IMG/VR virus record: IMGVR_UViG_3300010163_000019
Location: 1 to 64,000 of that record
DNA length: 64,000 bases
Direction: 5' to 3' (one strand)
DNA from: a virus
Taxonomy: Duplodnaviria > Caudoviricetes
Shown one piece after another: positions 58,739 through 64,000 of the stretch. The position numbers were made by a program, and so were the translations under genes. Under the pieces are notes generated by a model. It made no database searches. It worked only from the letters and a program-made list of their open reading frames with translations, and had not been told where the DNA came from. Position 1 is the first letter of the stretch; each line of letters opens with the position of its first letter.

Positions 58739-59152
58739 ATGGCATATAGAAGGGGTGATATTATAGAAGAAAATATAAATAATGCATTTAAATCTATGAG
58801 GATGATAACAGAGAAAATACCTACTGTTGCTATTTGTGGTATGGGAAAATCAATAAATAATTTAGCAAAAAAAATGATAAAAGCTGAAGAAGAATATATA
58901 AAAATGGAACAGATGAAGGTTTTAGGTTTGAATGAGGAAATATTGAACTGTAGATCGACTCTAACATTAGAAGAATTGAATAAAATGTTTTGTGAAATTG
59001 ATACAGAAATAATTGATACAGAAAGTATCTCAAATCTTAAAAAGAGAATAAAGTATTGCAAAAACCCTATGGAACGAAAACAGTTAGAAAAAAAATTGAA
59101 TGATTTGTATAAAGAGCAAAAAAGGAATAGAAAAAATGTTAAAAACAAGTGA
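58739..59152 (+). CDS. hypothetical protein
   Basis: KKRIKYCKNPMERKQLEK. Confidence 0.7.
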   Translation: MAYRRGDIIEENINNAFKSMRMITEKIPTVAICGMGKSINNLAKKMIKAEEEYIKMEQMKVLGLNEEILNCRSTLTLEELNKMFCEIDTEIIDTESISNLKKRIKYCKNPMERKQLEKKLNDLYKEQKRNRKNVKNK

Positions 59153-59489
59153 AGTAATCAATTATATAGAAAAAATGTATGATATTAAATTGATGGATTA
59201 TCAGAAAGAATTTGTTAAGCACATTATCCAAGGAGATGTGATTTATACTCCAAGATGTTTTGGAAGAAGCATGATTTATAACGGTTATGCTGATTATTTG
59301 AAAAATGTTATTGGTAAAGAAACCGACTATTCTGTAGATCCAAATGATTTTGATAAGATTTATACATATAGGGATGTACCAATAGGTGCCTTATATCCAA
59401 GTGAGCATATTGAAAGTGCTATGAATAAAAATAAGAAACTGTTTGAAAAAGAATATGAGTGTAAGTATGGACTAAATACGAAGTCTTAA
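59136..59489 (+). CDS. hypothetical protein
   Basis: KLMDYQKEF..PRCFGRS; stop inside site 59486. Confidence 0.7.
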   Translation: MLKTSEVINYIEKMYDIKLMDYQKEFVKHIIQGDVIYTPRCFGRSMIYNGYADYLKNVIGKETDYSVDPNDFDKIYTYRDVPIGALYPSEHIESAMNKNKKLFEKEYECKYGLNTKS

Positions 59490-59506
59490 AATTCTTATTT
59501 CAAAGG

Positions 59507-59824
59507 GTGAGTTTGGAGGAGGTGAGATTTATAAAAACAAGCAATCCATTAACAATAGGACAGTTAAAGGAGTGGTGTGATGATAACAATATCTTAGATG
59601 ATACACCAATTGGTATTTACTTGGGAGATTCAGAAAGAGGAGATATTGCATTTGGTGTAATTGGCGATACTAAAAGCGAATATAATGATGATTTCTATGT
59701 GACCAATCTTACTGAAACGACAGGAGAACATTGTTATTGTAAGAATATTTATAGTCTATTTGAAGATGCAAATTCAGATAAAGTTGTAATGATTACAGAT
59801 GGGTGCCACAGTGAAGAGGTATAG
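59507..59824 (+). CDS. hypothetical protein
   Basis: 105 aa. Confidence 0.7.
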   Translation: MSLEEVRFIKTSNPLTIGQLKEWCDDNNILDDTPIGIYLGDSERGDIAFGVIGDTKSEYNDDFYVTNLTETTGEHCYCKNIYSLFEDANSDKVVMITDGCHSEEV

Positions 59825-60173
59825 ATTGGATGGAGGTAAAATATTGGAGAAACAAGAGAATGTATTAGTAGCTATTCCACATCAAGAGATTTTTAAAGAT
59901 ATTCTTATTTTGGATAATGAAAAGGATATTATTTTGAGTAGCATAAAAGTATATACACTCAAAGAAAATTACATTGATAAGAATGTAAATTTTGATATAT
60001 GTGTATCTGGCGATAAAATGATACTTCGTCCATTAGAAAAATCAAACGAATATATACTATTTTGTCAAAGGGTTTTGAGTGCATCTGTTATTAAAATTGA
60101 AGCAACTGAATATTTTAGCAAGACTGAAAAAGATGGAAGTTTTACATTTTATATGGAGAATAAAGAAAAATAA
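59799..60173 (+). CDS. hypothetical protein (start uncertain)
   Basis: Open frame of about 120 aa. Confidence 0.65.
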   Translation: MGATVKRYRLDGGKILEKQENVLVAIPHQEIFKDILILDNEKDIILSSIKVYTLKENYIDKNVNFDICVSGDKMILRPLEKSNEYILFCQRVLSASVIKIEATEYFSKTEKDGSFTFYMENKEK

Positions 60174-60188
60174 GGAGAAAATATACAT

Positions 60189-60317
60189 ATGGGACTTACA
60201 GCGAAACAGGTGGGTAAAATGAGAAGTATCACAAGAAAGTTAGAGAACCAGTTAGCAGAGGAAGCAAAGTTACAGAAAGAGAAGAAGGAGATGAAGAAAA
60301 ATAGTAAAAATAATTGA
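60189..60317 (+). CDS. small basic protein, 42 aa
   Basis: RBS AAGGAG; MGLTAKQVGKMRSI. Confidence 0.55.
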   Translation: MGLTAKQVGKMRSITRKLENQLAEEAKLQKEKKEMKKNSKNN

Positions 60318-60351
60318 AACAAATCTAAGTTTAGATAATATCAACAATATT

Positions 60352-60585
60352 ATGGATCATCAGAGTAGAATTGTAGAAGTAAATAGTTGGGAAGATTATT
60401 GTAAGGCATTTCAAGAATACAGAGGTGATTCGGTAGAGTTTAAATCTTTGACACTTATGAAAGGCGATACACTTCAAAAGAATTGTAGTATTACAAATTT
60501 CGTGTATGACGAATTCCATTTATCATGTGACATTTTGAAAGGTAAGATTAGAACTAAGAAATTAGCGTATCTGGTAATAGAATAA
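60352..60585 (+). CDS. hypothetical protein (may start upstream)
   Basis: 77 aa ORF. Confidence 0.65.
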   Translation: MDHQSRIVEVNSWEDYCKAFQEYRGDSVEFKSLTLMKGDTLQKNCSITNFVYDEFHLSCDILKGKIRTKKLAYLVIE

Positions 60586-60605
60586 TAGATAGTAACAGTT
60601 AAACA

Positions 60606-60811
60606 TTTCGCACAATTATTCGTAGAAAATCCAATATTAACAACTTAACAGACATATCCGTTTTGGGTGGTGAACAGCATACCCTTGGCTTAGATTACGT
60701 AAAAATTCAGTTTAAATAAGCCATAAACCACTGATGACATAGATTTTAACATAAAGTTATTATCCTATGTTCCAGTCTGAAAAGGCTGTTGATGTTATAT
60801 ATGATGTGAAA
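60606..60811 (+). ncRNA. structured leader upstream of the SSB-like gene
   Basis: Stems 60665-60684, 60686-60723, 60738-60769; cagtct-GAAA-aggctg 60773-60788. Confidence 0.45.
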
Positions 60812-60850
60812 ATTTTAAAATAATTTTATTTACAGGAGGATATTAAATTA

Positions 60851-62029
60851 ATGGCAAAAAAGGAAAAGAGAGTGTTAGAAAAGAAGAACTGGTCAAATTC
60901 ATTTATACTTATTGGTGAAGCAAAGATCAATGAATATACTTATAAGACAGATGAGAAGTCAGAGAAGTCAGATTGGATTTATAACAGTCTAAACTTGGGT
61001 GTATATTGCGGAGAAACTTGCGGAACTGTATATGCAGAATTGATGGGGGGATATGGAGCAGAAAGAGATAATGTGGTTTATGTTCATGGTAAAGACGAAG
61101 ATGGCAAAGATGATTTTGACAATAAATTTACTATTGATTGGGAGGATAGATTTGATGAAACAATTCTTGAATCCGTTGGTGATCTTTGCTTCCTGACCGT
61201 AGGTTTGGAACGTGATAAAGGTGGAAAAGTGTTTTATAAGAAATTCCTTTCGCCTTATGACATGATTGCTTATATCAAGGACAACTTGGAAGAGGGTACG
61301 GTAGTAAATGTCAAAGGCAATCTGAAATACTCTACATACAACGAAGTGACACAGGTTAAGAAAGAAATCAACAGTGTTGTACTTTCTAAGGTAGATGATA
61401 GTAGTAAATATTGCGCAAGATTCACTCAGACAATGTTGCTTACAAAAGACAGCGTAGGTAAGGCAGATAAGGATACTGGCGTTCTTCCTATTTACGCAAA
61501 AGTGCTTGATTACGTCAAGGAATATAAGAGTAAGGAAGTAAAGACTAATATTCCATATGATAAGACATTTGAATATGAGCTAAATCTTTCTGAACCTGAA
61601 ACTTGTAAAAAGGTTGTAGAGAAAGTATTTAAAGTACAAAAGGGTGTAACAGAAGTTACATTTGAAGGCGATTTGATTGAGGGTGGGGCTGTGGTTACAG
61701 CTACAGAAGATGACATTCCTGATGATATCAAGACTCTTATCGAGATCGGTGTTTATACTCTCGAAGAAGCACTGGCAAAATGCACTGTAAGTTCTGGCAG
61801 AGAAAAGAGAATGGTAATCAGAAAGCCTTCTATTAAGATGGTTGAGGACAAGGAGGGCAACAAGACCCCTATTATTCAGAAGTTTGAGAAGAAGTACGAG
61901 GAAGAGGATCTAATTCTTGATTTTATGATTGGTAATAATGATAGCAAAGATACATTTGAAGAAACAGCAGATACAGATGATGAAGAGATTCCTGTTAATA
62001 ATGACACTGATTGGCTGAATAATCTGTAA
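60851..62029 (+). CDS. ssDNA-binding-like protein (position of SPbeta yorF)
   Basis: Beta-rich sequence, acidic tail DDEEIPVNNDTDWLNNL; first gene of the replication module. Confidence 0.6.
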   Translation: MAKKEKRVLEKKNWSNSFILIGEAKINEYTYKTDEKSEKSDWIYNSLNLGVYCGETCGTVYAELMGGYGAERDNVVYVHGKDEDGKDDFDNKFTIDWEDRFDETILESVGDLCFLTVGLERDKGGKVFYKKFLSPYDMIAYIKDNLEEGTVVNVKGNLKYSTYNEVTQVKKEINSVVLSKVDDSSKYCARFTQTMLLTKDSVGKADKDTGVLPIYAKVLDYVKEYKSKEVKTNIPYDKTFEYELNLSEPETCKKVVEKVFKVQKGVTEVTFEGDLIEGGAVVTATEDDIPDDIKTLIEIGVYTLEEALAKCTVSSGREKRMVIRKPSIKMVEDKEGNKTPIIQKFEKKYEEEDLILDFMIGNNDSKDTFEETADTDDEEIPVNNDTDWLNNL

Positions 62030-62103
62030 AAATATAGAGTTTATTTATATAGAGGTTGTTTAAATGCAACCTCACAAATTCAACATATAAGGAGAATAAT
62101 AAA

Positions 62104-63246
62104 ATGGGAAAATACGGTAAAAAGAACCATGTAAAGTTAGACCCTTTGGCATATAATATTTGCCTTCTTGGGGAAAGTAAAGTTGGTAAAACTACTTTGA
62201 TTAAAGAAGTCTGCGAGAAACTTTCTGGCGAGGATGGATATATGTTCCTAGAGTGCGGACAGGAACGTGGTGCAGATGCTATTGAAGGAATTAATCATGT
62301 AAATTGTCCTGAGTGGAATATGGATTATGATGAAATTACAAACAGTGTTGGGTTTGAAGATGTATGTGATGACATTATTGATAATAAGACATCTGAATAT
62401 CCAGATTTGAAAGTAGTTATTATTGATACATATGATCAGTTGATTAATATTGCAGAAAGTGAATCAATAAGACTGTGGAATAGGGATAATCCAGACAAGA
62501 GAACAAATAGTATTAATGCAGCATGGGGTGGTTTTGGTAAAGGAGAAAAGAAAGCAATTGAAATTATGTTTGATAAGATTGCAGAGTTAAGAAGTGTTGG
62601 AGTATCGACTATTATTATTGGACACATTAAGACAAAAGATATTTCTGATCCTGTATCTGGTGAGACATATCAGATTCTTACATCAGACCAGCAGCAGAAT
62701 TATTTCAATGCACTTAAAAAGAATCTTCATTTTCTTGGTCTTGCTTATATTGACAGACAAATTGTTAAAGAGAAGATAGGAAAGAAAAATATTGTTACAA
62801 ACAAAGAGGAACAGGTTAATAAAGTTAAAGGCGAGTCAAGAAAAATTAAGTTTAGAGATGATAATTTCTGTGTAGATAGTGGTTCTAGGTTTGCAGAAAT
62901 TATTGATGAAATTGATTTGGATGCAGAACAATTTATTACGGCTATTACAGATGCAATCAAAGCTGAACAGTCCAAGTCTGGTAAATCTTTTGATGAAACC
63001 AAGGCAGAGCAGGAAGCAAAAGAAGCGGAAAAGTTAAAAGAGATTACAAAGGCAGAACAAAATAAGAAGGAAGCGAAGAAACTGGAAGACGTAGTATCAA
63101 GGATTACTGATTTTATCAAAGAGAATAAGTCAAATATGGATAAGATCAAGCCTATTATTGCAAAGTCAAAGGAACTTGGATATGATAATCCGACTCTGAT
63201 TACAGATATTGACGATGCCAATAAGGTATTAGCACTGATTTCATAA
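62104..63246 (+). CDS. AAA_24-type P-loop ATPase (Sak4/YorG-like)
   Basis: Walker A GESKVGKT, Walker B VIIDT; AAWGGFGKG. Confidence 0.8.
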   Translation: MGKYGKKNHVKLDPLAYNICLLGESKVGKTTLIKEVCEKLSGEDGYMFLECGQERGADAIEGINHVNCPEWNMDYDEITNSVGFEDVCDDIIDNKTSEYPDLKVVIIDTYDQLINIAESESIRLWNRDNPDKRTNSINAAWGGFGKGEKKAIEIMFDKIAELRSVGVSTIIIGHIKTKDISDPVSGETYQILTSDQQQNYFNALKKNLHFLGLAYIDRQIVKEKIGKKNIVTNKEEQVNKVKGESRKIKFRDDNFCVDSGSRFAEIIDEIDLDAEQFITAITDAIKAEQSKSGKSFDETKAEQEAKEAEKLKEITKAEQNKKEAKKLEDVVSRITDFIKENKSNMDKIKPIIAKSKELGYDNPTLITDIDDANKVLALIS

Positions 63247-63266
63247 TATTCTAGGGAGGAATTGAA

Positions 63267-63728
63267 TTGAGAAGTAAGAAAATGACGAGTGTTGAAAAAG
63301 AGCAATGGGATAAATTATACCAGTATGTAAAAAATGAGATACTCTTATATGACGGCTCTCAGTCAATTCCTTCTGGTCTTGTATTAAGGCTAAAAGGGTT
63401 GACAAAAGGAAAGTATATAGAAAATAGAAACACTAAGGATAAAGCAGATTATTCTTATGAGATTGTTTTATATACTTTCCAAATTTGTAAACCATCAATT
63501 ATGAGTGCTATTTCAAATAAGGTATTTGAGTCTGAAAGTAATAAGTTCAACTATATATGCAAAATAGTAGAGAATAATATCAATGATGTTTATTTGAGGG
63601 TACAAAGAGCGAAGAAATCAGAAGAAAATATAGATAAGTTAGACACGAATATTTTATCTCATAATGGTGGTGAATATCAAAAAAAGACAGAAGAATTGAG
63701 AAATAAAAGACTAAATGAATTGTGGTAA
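63267..63728 (+). CDS. hypothetical protein (position of SPbeta yorH)
   Basis: W.KLYQYVK..LRLKGL..YSYEIVLYTF. Confidence 0.7.
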   Translation: MRSKKMTSVEKEQWDKLYQYVKNEILLYDGSQSIPSGLVLRLKGLTKGKYIENRNTKDKADYSYEIVLYTFQICKPSIMSAISNKVFESESNKFNYICKIVENNINDVYLRVQRAKKSEENIDKLDTNILSHNGGEYQKKTEELRNKRLNELW

Positions 63729-63741
63729 GGTGGTGAAAAAT

Positions 63742-63999
63742 ATATCAACAGTAAAATCTTCCACAAAAGGAAAGAAATTAAGTGCTTTTGAACAGGAATT
63801 GATTGATACAATCAAAAAAATAAATGAATATAAAGAAGCGGCGGAGGCAAATATAGTTTCAATTCTATATAAGGTTCCAGATGCTATTTATGATACAAAC
63901 TTAGAACTTGAGGAATTTAATAATAATATTTGGAGAGTCTATTGGACGATTGCAAATGATATTATTAAACTTGAAAAGAAAAGTTCTCTTGATGATATT
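63742..63999 (+). CDS. partial probable replicative helicase N-terminus, ATA start
   Basis: RBS AGGTGG; EANIVSILYK..D.I; open to window end; called mainly by synteny. Confidence 0.55.
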   Translation, partial: MSTVKSSTKGKKLSAFEQELIDTIKKINEYKEAAEANIVSILYKVPDAIYDTNLELEEFNNNIWRVYWTIANDIIKLEKKSSLDDI

Positions 64000-64000
64000 A

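Larger units (their letters stand above)
3141..59503. repeat. dispersed 18-bp palindromic junction site ATRAAW-N6-TTTYAW (about 29 copies)
   Basis: Starts at 3141, 7844, 9167, 12557, 13989, 14198, 17222, 17243, 17267, 20351, 20710, 21834, 32017, 35359, 36499, 38230, 38737, 39162, 39524, 40004, 41512, 42846, 43719, 48807, 49285, 53388, 54826, 55975, 59486; all at gene junctions. Confidence 0.8.

Noticed and set aside
3141-59503. Junction sites as XerC/D dif (pdif) sites
   Set aside because: The 6-bp spacer fits, but the arms are short and symmetric and lack the XerD arm TTATGTTAAAT.
60731-60788. Hammerhead ribozyme (CTGATGA followed by a stem)
   Set aside because: Stem II is followed by ttcc, not the required GAAA; the GAAA present is a hairpin loop.
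349-63305. Minus-strand and alternate-frame ORFs of the supplied track (e.g. 349-576, 19749-20126, 58636-59148, 62745-63305)
   Set aside because: They shadow better + strand genes, lack RBSs and have antisense-type composition.
1-64000. Diversity-generating retroelement, retron or IS element
   Set aside because: No reverse transcriptase (YxDD), transposase or TnpB motifs and no TR/VR-like repeat pair were seen.

Overview
64 kb of AT-rich, almost entirely + strand DNA from the early/middle region of a large SPbeta-like temperate phage (or phage-plasmid) of Clostridia, probably Lachnospiraceae. Layout: two XRE/promoter modules with long structured non-coding regions (0-5 kb); small accessory genes with RadC, an ICE/plasmid-type RepA_N with iterons, HNH nucleases and four toxin-antitoxin pairs (5-23 kb); an intact tyrosine recombinase; a cluster of ParB/DUF262-fold proteins including a sigma factor-DUF262 fusion (24-31 kb); a long accessory array with RNA ligase, HD hydrolase, SLOG, several DNA methyltransferases, two PAPS-reductase-like proteins, a radical SAM protein and LemA (14 kb and 31-60 kb); and the start of the replication module (SSB-like, AAA_24, helicase). 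No structural genes, CRISPR array or att site were seen. Main hidden signals: (1) about 29 copies of an 18-bp palindrome (ATRAAW-N6-TTTYAW) at accessory-gene junctions, often containing the upstream stop codon, absent from the core blocks, and bracketing the only convincing minus-strand gene, which suggests an integron-like cassette or stoperator system; (2) a four-copy double-palindrome leader in front of two DNA methyltransferases, the radical SAM gene and a PAPS-reductase-like gene; (3) the sigma-DUF262 fusion inside a ParB-fold cluster; (4) tRNA-like elements, one with a 5-nt anticodon loop. Several genes carry frameshifts or nonsense codons (decay or assembly error). All family calls come from motif recognition by eye; no searches were run, and counts are manual.
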